Assembly: GCA_003971905.1 (NCBI GenBank)
Contig: RSEE01000004.1
Span: 682,001 to 746,000, forward strand
From: Moniliella sp. 'wahieum'
Taxonomy: Eukaryota
Direction of reading: 5' to 3'
Length of the DNA stretch: 64,000 nucleotides
Under the pieces are notes generated by a model, which searched no databases, was not told where the DNA came from, and saw only the letters and a list, made by a program, of their open reading frames with translations. This document shows, one piece after another, positions 12,387 to 24,851 of this stretch. A program made the position numbers and the translations under genes. Positions within the stretch are counted from its first letter, which is position 1, and every line of letters begins with the position of its first letter.

Positions 12387-14813
12387 ATGTCATCCACTGT
12401 GTTTTCTCTTGCGGGCCAAAATCTTAGCTCGACTCGGCGGAGGACATTCGTCCGTACGCCGATCAACTGGCTGCGCTCCCTGCTGTCACTGAAATCCACC
12501 TCGGCGGCAACACCCTGGCGTGGCTGCTGCTGAGGCCCTGGCGACCGTGATTGGCACCAAAAAGACGCTCAAGGTATGCTATCCCTCGTTTTTTCCTTGA
12601 CGGGAAAGATGGAGCGAGCTGCTGACTTCTTTCCCTCGCTCTTTGGCTAGGTTGCCGATTTTGCCGACATTTTACTGGGCGCCTCATTTCTGAGATCCCA
12701 GATGCGCTTCGGGCGCTGTGTGGTGCTTTTGCCCACCTCATCTCCTCCGGTGGTGCGTTGGAAGAGGTAGATCTGTCGGACAATGCGTTTGGTGGGCGCA
12801 GCGTTGAGCCTCTTGTTCCACTCCTCGAGCTTTCGCCTTACATCAAGGTGCTAAAACTGGCCAACAATGGGCTTGGCCCTGAGGCGGTGCGGTCGTGGCT
12901 GATGCTTGACGCGAGGTGCAGAGGAGGCGAGGTTGAAGGGGTCCCCATCTCAGTTGCGAGTGATCGTCTGCGGGCGGAACCGACTCGAGGATGGCAGTTC
13001 GTCCAACTGGGCCAAAGCGCTGGCGAGCCATGGCGCACTGGAGGAGGTGCGCCTGTACCAGAACGGGATTCGGATGAAGGGCATCGAAGCGATTGTCTTG
13101 GATGGCTTGGCGAAGAACCTCAACCTGCGTATCATTGATCTCCAGGACAACACCGCCACTCTTCGGGGCGCCCGGGCTGTGGCCAAGGCGCTTCCCAACT
13201 GGCCGCACCTCACTGAACTTCAACTGAGTGAGACGCTACTTCGCCCGCGCGGGGGACGAATGGTGATCGAATCTCTGTCCAAGGGGTACAAGGCGATGAC
13301 CAAGATTGGCCTGGCATTTTGTGATTTGGGTCCGGACAGCATTGCCGGTCTGTCAGATGTGGTACGGGCCATGCCGGCGCTGGAACATGTGGACGTGAAC
13401 GGCAACTTTGCTGAGGAGGATGGGGCCGAGCTGGAAGCACTCCGTGAGGCGCTCGAGGCCATTGGGCGAGCGGATGCGTTGGCCGAGACGGACGAGATGG
13501 ACCCAGAAGGTCTGGAGGATCTCTCCGAAGATGAGGACATTAGCGATCGCGAAAGTGAAGACGAAGCCGAGGCCCAAGAGCCTCCTCCTGCCCCCGTTGA
13601 TGAGGACGACGAGCTGGCAAAGCGGCTTGGTGCTGTTGGTTTGAACGATGTCAAGCCGTCTGCTGTCTTCAGCTTGGCTGGGCAGGGGCTCAGGCTCGAT
13701 TCTGCTGCTGACATGGAGCCGCATCTCAAGTTGTTACGTTCCCAGCAAGGCGTGGAGGAGATCATCCTGTCGGGAAACACGATTGGGGTAGGTGCCGCTG
13801 AGGCACTGGCAGAAGTTATCAAAACCTTGCCGACGCTCAAGAAAGTCAACTTGGCCGACATTTTCACTGGCCGTCTGATTTCTGAGATTCCTGATGCTCT
13901 CCGGGCCTGTGCTTGGCCCTCACAGCATTGTCCCACCCCATGGGAGCTTGGAGGAAGTGGACTTGTCGGACAACGCGTTTGGCGGTAGATCGGTGGAGCC
14001 ATTGGTGCCTCTTTTGGAAGTGGCGCATTCGCTGCGTGTGCTCAAGCTGGGCAACAATGGCCTCGGTCCCGAGGGAGGCGCTGTCGTGGCCAATGCACTG
14101 GCCCGTGGGGCCCAGCAGGCTCGCAAAGATGGACAAACGTCCAAGTTGAAGGTCCTCATTTGCGGCAGGAACCGTTTGGAGAATGGTAGTGCTGCGGCCT
14201 GGGCTACTGCTCTGTCAGCTCATGGTGAGCTGGAAGAGGTACGGCTCTACCAGAACGGAATCCGTATGGAGGGGATCGAGACCATTGTCTCCGCCGGTCT
14301 GGCTGTCAACAAGACCCTCAAGGTGGTGGATCTGCAGGACAACACGGCGACGCTGCGGGGAGCCAAGGCGGTGGCCAAGGCCTTGCAACAGTGGCCTGAG
14401 CTGGAGGAGCTGCAATTGAGTGAGACGCTCTTGCGTCCCAAGGGTGCGGCTTTGGTTGTTGAGGCCCTCCGCACTGGCGGACACAAGAACTTGCGCCGGC
14501 TTGGCCTTGCGTTCTGTGACGTGCCTGCTTCGACATTGGCCACTCTTTCGCCTTTGATCAAGGAGCACAAATGGGCCCTCGAGCACATTGATGTGAATGG
14601 GAACTTTGCCGAGGAAGAGGGTCCGGAGATCGAGTCTTTGCGAGAAGCTCTTGCATCTATTGGGCGGGAACATGCTTGGCAGACACGGACGAAATGGACC
14701 CTGAGGGAGAAGACGACCTGTCGAGCGACGAAGATGTCTCCGACCACGAGGATGACACAGAACCGGCACCTGCTCCTGAGGTGAGCAAGGCGGTAACTTC
14801 GGCGTCCAAGTAA
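12387..14813 (+). CDS. RNA1: Ran GTPase-activating protein with two complete LRR GAP domains in tandem
   Basis: Each half carries VFSLAGQ, ADIFTGRLISEIPDALRA, EEVDLSDNAFGGRSVEPL, CGRNRLE(D/N)G, LEEVRLYQNGIR, DLQDNTAT and an acidic tail; intron 12574-12650 in the first half. Confidence 0.93.
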
Positions 14814-15060
14814 TCGTGACGGTCTTTTGCCTGTTACCTATTAATCACCTACCTATCCTCCGTTACCCACATCATCACCCTGACGCCACTGGACTGTCGT
14901 GTTTTTCCTGTTGCTCATGCCTACCTGGACCCTTTAGGGTCTGCCAGCATGATGCAGATTGCTCGTTGAAGAATTGGCACTGAAGAATAGCCGGACGGTT
15001 GTAGTAGATGAATGATGGCAGCCGAAAGAGAAGACAAATGCAATGTCCACGTAGTGCCAC

Positions 15061-16272
15061 TCAGGCAAACACGACCGTCTTTGCGCCGTTGGGCAGGACG
15101 CGGTGCTCAGCCATCCAGCGTACGGCGCGGCTGAGCACGCGGGCTTCAATGTCCGCACCAATCTGTACCAGATCGGAGGGAGAATCCGAGTGAGCCACAC
15201 GTTCCACGTCCTGCTCGATAATTGGCCCCTCATCCAGATCGGCAGTGACGAGATGGGCAGTAGCACCAATGATCTTGACCCCACGGTCGTATGCCTGATG
15301 GTAAGGCTTGGCGCCCTTGAAGGAGGGAAGGAAGGAGTGATGAATGTTGATAATCTGACCCGAGAGGGCTGTACAAAGCTTATCGCTCAAAATTTGCATG
15401 TAGCGTGCCAGCACGAAGCTCAACGTCATATTTCTTGACCAGCGCCATAAGTTCCTCTTCTTGCCACTCCTTCGTTTTCCCCGAAGCGACATCAATCGGG
15501 AGGTGGTAAAAGGGAATTCCATGCCGCTCCGCCAGCGACTGGTACGTCGCATGGTTCGAGACAATCAGTGGGATATCAATAGGCAGCGTGCCCGAACTGT
15601 GGCGGAAAAGAAGGTCATTAAGGCAGTGACCAATCTTGCTGACCATAATGAGTGTACGGGGGCGAGCATCAGCGCGGTGAAGGTGGAAGTTGACGTCGTA
15701 GGGACTGGCCAAGAAACGGGCAAAGTCGCCTCGGAGCTCGGCCATGCGGGCTTCGCGCATCGTCTCGGCCTCTGCCGGGTCAGAGGGAGTAGCACCGCGA
15801 GGAAGCAGCCCCGTGGCATGAACGCGCATGAAGAACCGATTTGTCGTGGGATCGCCAAACTGATCCGAGTTGATAATGTTAAAGCCACGCTGGGCCAAAA
15901 AGCCGTGACAGCATAAACTATGCCGCTCTGGTCTGGGCAAGCGAGCGTCAAGATAATGTTGTTCACCTCAGGGTTCTGCTTGCGCTTTGGGTTGGCGGTC
16001 GTCTTGGACGGCTTGGGCAGGGGCGAGGGGAAGGAAGGGGCGGAAGCAAGAGAAAGAGACTTCAGGTCCTCCGCGTCCTTCTTTTGTCGCTGCGCTTGCT
16101 CCAGATGGCTTTCTGGGTGTTCAAGATCGGCCAAAGAGCGGATGGAGCGGGCCAAGAATGGAAATTGAGCAAGCTGAGGTGCAGCGATTGCCCTAGAGGG
16201 TAGGGCGCGCACCGCAGAAGAAGGAATGCGGCAGGAAGTCGCCAGTACACGGGAAGAAAGCAGCGTCATCAT
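15061..16272 (-). CDS. purU: Formyltetrahydrofolate deformylase (ACT + formyltransferase) with probable mitochondrial presequence
   Basis: [81 protein letters not shown]. Confidence 0.96.
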
Positions 16273-17138
16273 CGTGGCTCCAGAGAGAGAGTGAACGAAG
16301 AAGAATAGCCAGGAAGTTGGTGGTGGTGAAGGTTATGATGGCGATAGTACCCAGAGTCACTTGCACGGAGATAGGCCACCATTTCTCCGCCAAGAAAAAA
16401 ACTCTCCGCCGCGTCCCGTGTTGCGTAGTACTATCGATCGGCGGGTACACTCGCCGACGTTTTAAAAAAGGAAAAGCTGGCGCTCCAGCACATCCACCAA
16501 CATGCTGCATGAATCGTCTCCACGACTCCCATCTACCCTTCATCGGTTCTGGTACCTGTGAACGCCTTTCTCACCAAAGTGTAGTCGGTTACATTGGTGC
16601 AAATCTGCTACTCGTAGATCATAAAGCGTCCGCGAGAGTATAGGTGAGAGATGGGCTGCTGCAGAGAGCCAACAGGAGGAAATCTCGTGAAGCTTTTGAA
16701 GGGCCTGAAGAAGATATTGGGGGGCATGCAGTCTGGGATCAATCAAGGTAGCGAGCACCTTGCGTCTTGCGCCCACTGGTACTGATCAATGATCGATGAT
16801 CGAGATGAGATACCCAGCCAGGCCAGCCCGTCGGCCCTGATCCAGACCGAGTACGAAGGTGTGCAACTGAGTACACTGACATCTGACACTGAGTACTGAC
16901 GCGTGACGGACGATTGGCGGCGCGGCAATTAATTGGTCCGCTGTTCCAGCACTAATAATCCACGTCGGCGGAACCAGGGCGGTTGTGCTGGGTTCGGGCG
17001 CAATAATAAGCCACTACACTTGGCCTGTGCCAGGGGGGCACACGCAACCCTACGTTGCTTGTTCCAGCAACGCACATCTTCTGGGCCCTCCCGTCCAACG
17101 CACACCATACCCTCCCCATCCACGTATCCATCAACGCC

Positions 17139-17971
17139 ATGTCCGCCGACAAGTTGCCCCAGGTGCTCAACATCACTGAGGAGGAGGTCAAGCTCTTCCT
17201 GGCTGCCCAGACCCACATTGGCACCACCAATGTGACCAAGGACATGGAGTCCTACATCTACAAGCGCCGTGCTGACGGCGTGCAGCTTATCAACCTCAAC
17301 AAGACGTGGAGCAAGATCGTCCTCGCTGCCCGCATCCTTGCTGCCGTCGAGAACCCTGCCGACATTTGCGTCATCTCGGGTCGCCAGTACGGCCAGCGTG
17401 CTGTGCTCAAGTTCGCCTCGAACACGGGCGCTACTGCGATTGCCGGACGCTTCACCCCCGGTACCTTCACCAACTACATTGTCCGCTCCTACAAGGAGCC
17501 CCGCGTGATTGTTGTCACCGACCCCCGCGTTGACCACCAGGCCATCCGCGAGGCGTCCTACGTCAACATCCCCGTCATTGCCTTCGCCGACGCTGACGCT
17601 CCCCTCAAGTTTGTCGATGTGGCTATTCCCGGCAACAACAAGGGCAAGCACTCGGTCGGCCTTCTCTGGTGGCTCCTCTGCCGTGAGGTCCTCCGCCTCA
17701 AGGGCACCGTCTCGCGCACTGAGCCGTGGAGCGTCATGACCGACATGTTCTTCTACCGCGACCCCCAGGAGATCGAGGCTGAGCAGCAGGCTGCTGCCGA
17801 CGCCAAGGCCGCTGCCGAGCGTGAGGCCGAGGCTGGCGAGCTTGGCGAAGTTCTCCCTGCCACGGGCGCCCCGAGGCTGCCGCGCTCGACTGGAGCGAGC
17901 AGGCCACCGGCGCTCAGGACTGGGCCGCTGACGCTGCCCCCGCTGTCCAGCCCATCACCTCTTGGGAGTAA
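17139..17971 (+). CDS. RPS0: 40S ribosomal protein uS2 (S0/SA), intronless; tail frameshifted
   Basis: [69 protein letters not shown]; strong codon bias. Confidence 0.98.
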
Positions 17972-20184
17972 GTGTCTCCCCGGGAGACTGGGAAGAACCA
18001 ACTCGATAGGCCTGTCCGTCCTTTTCCGATGTGTGACGGTCTGTTGAGTGTCTTAAGCCATGGCGACGGTGACGTCCTCAACGGCCAATCATCTTCCCTG
18101 CATGCTCTTGCTTCAACTCTCTGCCGTGAGATGGTGCAGGATCATGTCCGTTTGGAACCCCCCAAAATATGCATGCCTCATGCCCATGTTCGCTAGTAGC
18201 CCAGTCTGTAGGAAACATCCCGGGCTCTCAATTGTCCTGAAACGTGGTTTTGCACACTCATTGCTAGCACCGTTCGCGCCAGTACACTGAGCTGCGGAAC
18301 CAATGCTTGCCTCGTACTTGCCTCTGTCACCAGCCATCAGCCAGTTCTTACAACTGGTGTGCCATGTACCTTGCGCGTGCCCGTGCCCGTGCCTTCCGTC
18401 GTGTACCCGAAGCTCAATGCCAGCTTGACGCGCTGGTACAGCTCTGCCCAAAAGGCCTATCCCATATGGATTTTTCTTCTGCCCGCCAGACCATATATTC
18501 TTCAACACTTGTCGTGTTCAACGACGACAGTGTCACTCGCCCCTGTTGCCTTTGAGCCACACTTGTTCTTATTCATCTCATTTACTGAATGCTCCGCTTT
18601 TTCCGAAGAGAGGATCGATGTACGGGCATTGTATTCCTGGGCCGTCACTTTGCAGCAGTACCACTCCCGTCCTTATCCGACGCTCCTCGGCCGCTGGGGG
18701 GGGAGGGCCTGCGCGTGGCCGTCCGACGTGGCGAGAGACACAAATAATCCAATCGCTTACGCATATCTCGTGCATCTCACGTCTAATATACCAATCCATA
18801 CCTCTTCTGTCCCTCCATACTACGGCAAAGAAGCAACATAGTGGGCACAAAAGTAAGGTGCCCGTTGGATTCGGGGACGCACAGTGTATGTCTGTAGCAT
18901 CTTCCAGCCGACGGAGGAGGCGCTTTTCCTTGCAAATTATAAAGCAGTACAGAACGGCACGTGTATAGCGGGTGGAGCGCGCGTGGCCACAGGGTATGTG
19001 CCACGTTTCCGATGGCGGGGTTGGGCATGGGGGCAGTGCTTATTTACAGGGGCCGAGCTGCTCCAGGCTGCTCCACACTCTGACAAGTTGGAGCTCCTGG
19101 GTGGGCAAAAGGCACCAAAGCGCTTGTCGCTCTCGCTCCTGAAACATCATTATGCACCTCTGTTGCCCCCCCTCTCGCCTTGGCATCATGCATCACATGC
19201 ATCACACCTCACAACGATCTCAGTGCCGATTACCCCCAGGTCTCTCGCCCCCATGTATCATACATAGCAGTGGTGCCTAATTCATACTATTGTATAACGC
19301 GCTATTAACGAGTCCCGCGTTCTGGGGGTAGTACTCAGACGGATTCAGTAAGAAGAGCCCTTCATCGCGGCCTTATATGTACTCACTGCAACGAGTACTG
19401 AAACTGACCTGAACACACCCCGGCAGATCATTAGGATTCTCGCGAGCAGCGTCAACAAAATAGCCCAACAGCACCACCATTAGGGGGAAGAGGGAAGTGT
19501 TCCTTGTTTCAACGAAGCAGAAGGGGGGCGAGCATACGTGTCTTAGTTCGAAAGAGATACCCTGTTCTTTACTAACGTTGCCTAAGATAGTTGAGGAAAG
19601 ATAAGAGGCGCGTTCGATCAATGTGAAGAGAGCGATCGATGACGATGACAGGCCGTTCTGGTACCGATTGTACAGGACCTGCGGGCGACAGACTTGACGC
19701 TTGAGCCTCAAGAGTTACTACGTTGTTCCTACGTTGCTGGCAATCCTGTGGCGTTGTAACATGTGGTGCTTGCGCGCCCTATGTTCCTACGTTATGAGGA
19801 GGGCTAGGGATAGAGGCATGCTATTCACAGGCGTTTCATCACTTATACTTCTTGCGCCTATAGAGGCCCACATTCTTCTATTGACACCCCCCCACCCCCC
19901 CACCTCCCCTCACACATCTTTACCTTACACATTCTTTTCTTTTCCTCCTTTCCCTCCCCCCCCTCCCGCTCCCACCACCAACGTGCAACACAGATACCCA
20001 TCGAGTCTCATCCCACTAAGAGCTGGCCTCAAGAGTGAGTGACACTACCCCTCTCGCCCCGTTTTTCCCTCTCCAACCCATATCCCAGATCAACCTTTTC
20101 ACCTCTTCCTGTCGCCACTTCGCCTACATTGTGTGGCCCATATCACTCTCCTTTTACCGACGTTTGGTGTTACGACTCTCGAAC

Positions 20185-21585
20185 ATGCTAGCCAATCACT
20201 TGTGTTGGGTCTCCACCCTCATTCTCGCCCTCGCCCTTGTGTGTGCCCCCTGCGCTGCAGCGCACCAAGACTCCCTCCACCATCGTCCCAGCCACTTGCG
20301 GAGGGCCAAAGCTGTGTACCCCAACGTGACTGTACCCCACCATAATCGTTTGTCGGGTTACGTTCGCCCAGGCGCGGTTGTTCCCCAAGGTCATGGATCT
20401 CTCACCCGAGCAAAGGGGCTCGGCCGACCGAGCCGCCCTGAGACAGAGCAGGATCCCTCTTCACTTCTATCGCACCAACAGAAGCGGGGGGGAAAGAAAT
20501 ACCGAGGCGTGAATTTGGGAGGGTGGTTTGTGCTTGAGGCATGGATGACCCCGTCCATCTTTAGCCAGTTTGGTGATTCGCGTGTGGTGGATGAGTGGAC
20601 GCTGGGGCAGTACGTCCCGCACAATAAGGCGGTTCCTATCCTCCAATCACACTGGGATAGTTGGCTGCAAGAGACGGATTTCGAGCAGATGAGTCAAGCT
20701 GGGCTTAACCTGGTTCGCATTCCCGTTGGGTACTGGATGTGGGACAAGGACAGTGCCAATGAGCCCTATGTCATCGCGAACCAGACGGCTTATCTCAAGC
20801 GCGGAATCCATTGGGCAAAGAAGTACGGCTTGGAGGTCATGATTGATCTGCATGGCGTGCCTGGATCGCAGAATGGCTTTGACACCTCGGGGCACACCAA
20901 AGAGACGTTCAACTTCCACGATTCGCCTGTCAATGCGCTACGTGCTGTGCGTGTACTCAAACATATTGCCCGCGAGTTTTCCCAACCAGAGTTCAAAGAT
21001 ACGGTGACGATGATTGAGGTTATTAACGAACCGTTGTGCGACCACTCGGATGAATTGCTGGACTATGTGGTTCAATACTACCACGACGCGTACGCGGCTA
21101 TTCGGCAAGTTGCTGGGAACGACATGAAAGTCGTTTTGGCAGATGGATTTCTCCCGCTGTCACAGTGGAATCAGATTTTGGCTAACACGAGTTGGTCTAA
21201 CGTCTTGATCGACACTCATGCCTACCTTCAGTACTACAATGCCAACTTGGGTCGCGAATCTAGCATTCCTTACACCCAAGGTGCTGCGACGAGCGAGTTA
21301 TGCTCGTATCAAACCCTCCTCAACAAGAGCAAGTACCATGTCCTAGTCGGCGAGTTCTCGATGAGTATGCCGTCTTGCCGCACCTGCTGGTCTACCCCCA
21401 TGGCAACATACCCCTTCCTCCAGTCCACCTTCCAGACACAGGCTTCTGTGTTTGAGTCGGCGGCCGCGGGATGGTCGATGTGGGCATACCGTATTGAGGG
21501 TGATGCTCCTGGGTCGTACGAAAGCGGGTTGACCACAGGGTGGATCACCAAAGAACTGGGCCAATACAACTTGGCCAAGTGCTGA
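20185..21585 (+). CDS. Secreted GH5 exo-beta-1,3-glucanase (glucan 1,3-beta-glucosidase)
   Basis: Signal peptide, propeptide ending QQKR, RGVNLGGWFVLEAWMTPS, GLNLVRIPVGYW, IDLHGVPGSQNGFDTSG, catalytic INEP and VGEFS. Confidence 0.95.
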   Translation: MLANHLCWVSTLILALALVCAPCAAAHQDSLHHRPSHLRRAKAVYPNVTVPHHNRLSGYVRPGAVVPQGHGSLTRAKGLGRPSRPETEQDPSSLLSHQQKRGGKKYRGVNLGGWFVLEAWMTPSIFSQFGDSRVVDEWTLGQYVPHNKAVPILQSHWDSWLQETDFEQMSQAGLNLVRIPVGYWMWDKDSANEPYVIANQTAYLKRGIHWAKKYGLEVMIDLHGVPGSQNGFDTSGHTKETFNFHDSPVNALRAVRVLKHIAREFSQPEFKDTVTMIEVINEPLCDHSDELLDYVVQYYHDAYAAIRQVAGNDMKVVLADGFLPLSQWNQILANTSWSNVLIDTHAYLQYYNANLGRESSIPYTQGAATSELCSYQTLLNKSKYHVLVGEFSMSMPSCRTCWSTPMATYPFLQSTFQTQASVFESAAAGWSMWAYRIEGDAPGSYESGLTTGWITKELGQYNLAKC

Positions 21586-22140
21586 TGACTGAGGTTGTGT
21601 GTATACCGAAGATATGTGCTTTCTCTCTTTTTGTTCTTTTCTCGGTTCCCGTACGCAGTACCTGGTGTACTACTTCAGTCTATTCCTTTGGACGTGCTGG
21701 TCGCGTGTTCTTTTTCATCGCCTCACCCTACCCTCTACTAGTGCCTGGTGCACTGCGTTCTTACCTTGCGGCGTGCTGGTTGCGCCTTCCTTTTAATCGT
21801 CTGTCTCTGCTGGCCATGGATTGTCGCTACTAATTTTACCTCTGTTGTGAACGTGGAGTTCTTGCTCCTTATCACATTATGGATAGCTATAGCTCCCCGC
21901 GTGAACCTGGTGGTTACAGTTGAACTCAACGTTGAGATTCTATGAGTGGACATACAACATGCACTAATTTTTCTACTCTCTTGTACTTGTCTTTATCCGA
22001 AGGCAGCAATCTCTCGATGGAAGTAAAGTGAGCCTCAAAATAGGGCGAGAAGAATGACAACGTGTGCTTTTATTTTGCAGAAGGTACGCTTAGACTTCCG
22101 CCACGTACTGAACAGATCCGAGCTGAGATCCCCAAGCTAG

Positions 22141-22909
22141 CTAAGCCTCCACCTCCACCTCCTCCGCATTTTCCCACCATAATGGGCTTCCGAGACCAGA
22201 GGAAGAGATACCGCCCTATTTAGAAAAAAAGTCAGTGAATGTTGGGAAAATGGGTAGGAGAGGCCTGCGGAGAGGGGAAAGCGCAACGTACAGTAATGAT
22301 ATAGGGTGCTTGTCGTGTTGGCACATCTCCCTCTTCAGCTCTTGGTGCGCCTGGTTCATCCTCTGGGAACTCTTCCGCCTCCACGCGGAAGCGTAAGATT
22401 TCTCCGCGGCCAAGATAGGCGCGCTCTTCCTTGGGTACGTCCAGTGCGGCCATTTCGTTGTTGCCTTCGAGGGCAGCGTCCAGGTCTTGGTCGGCCGTCT
22501 CGTCGACGGCGGCTGTGGGAGCCCAGAACCAAGCGTTTTCGGAATGGTCGTATGCTCGTGGTGTGGGTATGAAAGCAGCCGGGATGAGAATGTCGTCAAA
22601 GAAACCGAGGCTGACTTTGATGCGGTGCGGGTCGACGTGGGAGATGCGGCCGACCAGAACTTCTCCGATGGCGGGGCGAAACACAACGAGGCGGAATTGG
22701 GTATGATAGTAGAGTTTGCCGTCGCCCCAGCGCACCTTTCCTACGCCAGATGAGAGCACGTCGTGCACGCACACGCACAGTCCCACGCCAGCAATCACTC
22801 GGTTGGCATACTGTTCATTGATCGAGGCGACAATCGCTTCGTAGGGGGTGAGACGCTGGGCGGATGCGGGCGCTGCGATCACGTCCTCAACCGTTGAGAG
22901 AACGAACAT
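22141..22909 (-). CDS. RPC25: RNA polymerase III subunit C25 (RPC8)
   Basis: MFVLSTVEDVI..INEQYANRVIAGVGLCVCVHD..FRLVVFRPAIGEVLVGRI..SLGFFDDILIP; intron 22216-22291; last exon GGISSSGLGSPLWWE. Confidence 0.93.
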
Positions 22910-23591
22910 GTCCGGTGCACTGCCCGGTCCGCACCGCGTCGTGGCGGTCGACGCGATTCGAGAGGAGGGGGTGAGGAAAGGAGAAAAGGGAGGGGGTGGG
23001 CGTGGCCGGGAGGCTCTTCGCTCGGCCGCCGTCGAACTTGTTGACTTCAACGTAGAGACCTCAGTCTGAGGTCTGAGGCCAAAATGTTGTCGCAACGGGA
23101 GTAAAAAAAGCAGCGGACAGTGGGGGATTACCTAATGCGCAGAGGCAACGTTGTATTAGTGTTGAGAGAAGAGAGCCTGTCGGCTTTGGGATCGGCTCGC
23201 TTTTCCACGTTGTGGGTGTCAGAAACATCACTGGTTTTGCTCCTTCAAGCTTCAGACCCCCGGGCCTGGAACGAAGGAGTAAGAACATCACAGGCTCGGT
23301 CTACCTTTCCATATGCGCCTACATTAACAATCGTTCCGTGGAAATAGCCCGCCATTCGCCACCAAGTCCCGGAAGCGCCGCAAAAGGAAGGTGAGGCTCT
23401 GAACCCGTATGCAGTTTCCAGAGACCAAGTGAGGTACAGTGACTAGTGACCCCATGACACTACATCCATCACCACGCCACTTGCCCTGATGGACCACCAT
23501 TCGCATCGGCGATGGCGGTCAAACCAAGCCGGCAAAACTGATCAGAGTTGCACAGCGTGGTGCCGCAACATGCGGCAGCATCCCGATACCC

Positions 23592-24091
23592 TTAGGCCTT
23601 GGTGAAGTAAGACGCGGCACGGCCCATCAGGTGCAGCAGCACAACCGAGAAAACGAAGGCGACCGACAGACCAAGGACAACGACAGGGTCGCTGATAGAA
23701 TCCAGTTAGCCCGCCCATTCTGCACATAAGAGGGAAAGGATGATGAGAACGCACATAACAAGACCAATGTTGTCGTCAGTGTAGAGCCTGAGCATGGTGT
23801 TGGAGCTGCCGCCGGCGCCGGCAGCACGCGTGCTGTTCGGGCGGTTGGCTGCCTGCTGAGCTGCCCTCCGGCTAAATCAGACCAGAGCAGGACAAACCGC
23901 TATAATGTCAGTATATGGAGTCGTAATGACCAAGGCAGAGACGTACCGCACGGCAGAGGACTTGCTGGCCGCGAGGGCAGCGAGGTTGGGTTGCGCACCG
24001 GTAGCCTTGGCGTCAGCCTTAGGGCGGGGAAGGAGGAGACACATGTCAGTTCAACGCGACACCGTGCAGCAGCGGGAAGAAGACGCACCAT
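23592..24091 (-). CDS. SBH1: Sec61 translocon beta subunit; exons 24091-24089, 24017-23947, 23871-23755, 23691-23592
   Basis: Manual splicing at GT..AG introns with branch sites gives MADAKATGAQPNLAALAASKSSAVRRRAAQQAANRPNSTRAAGAGGSSNTMLRLYTDDNIGLVIDPVVVLGLSVAFVFSVVLLHLMGRAASYFTKA*; not represented in the ORF track. Confidence 0.95.
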
Positions 24092-24390
24092 CGTGTTGGA
24101 GTGGAGGGGGCAGGGGGGAGGGAGAAAGACAGGGAGCGGGCGGTGGGACGGACGACGGCGCCCAGCACGCCCACCACGCGGAGACGATGAGGTGGAGCCT
24201 GGCGTCACGTGTGCGGCGGAAGGGCATTGGAGACTCCCGGGCGATGACTGCCCCCGCGCCGCCCACGCGGTCTTTCCTACCAGGCATGGGCGGAACCAAG
24301 TTTCGGAAGTATGTTTCGGCTGTGCCTTGCCACAAACGGGAATCTACTTCCCCCTCGCGTTCCCCCGCCCCACCACCCCTTGTTTCCGCC

Positions 24391-24677
24391 ATGGCTTTCC
24401 TGTCTGAGGACCAGAAGGTATGAGTACTGCGTAGCCGGTGCGCACGACCCCACTCCCCCCGCTGACTATCCCGCCAGGACTACATCTCGCGTTTCATCGA
24501 GACCGGCAAGAGCATCCTCCACTATGGCTGGATCCCCTTTGTCCTCTACGTGGGCTACACCCGCTCCGTCCCCCAGCCTAGCCTGATGAAGTAGGTGCTC
24601 TCCGCTTCTTCCCCCCTCCGTGCGAGCTTGCTAACTGCTTTCATCCTCTGATACAGACTCATCAGCCCCTGGCCTGA
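24391..24677 (+). CDS. TOM7: Mitochondrial import receptor subunit Tom7; exons 24391-24417, 24478-24590, 24657-24677
   Basis: Spliced product MAFLSEDQKDYISRFIETGKSILHYGWIPFVLYVGYTRSVPQPSLMKLISP(LA)*; HYGWIP signature; one C apparently missing in the last exon. Confidence 0.95.
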
Positions 24678-24851
24678 CACCATCCGTCTCACACGACGGC
24701 CACCTAGAGTCCACCTCCCTTGTATTCTAGTCCCGACTTCCCACTGCTCTACTCATTCTCTTGTTCTCACTCTGTGCAAGGGGTTTTCCAATCGACAAGG
24801 TCCTAGTTGTCGCGTTGATGGATTAGCGACGGGGACAACACAGGCGATCGA

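Noticed and set aside
12387..14813. RanGAP duplication as an assembly artefact
   Set aside because: The halves differ at many synonymous and amino-acid positions and in intron content
18000..20000. Short ORFs between RPS0 and the glucanase
   Set aside because: No recognisable motifs or codon bias; treated as UTR/intergenic
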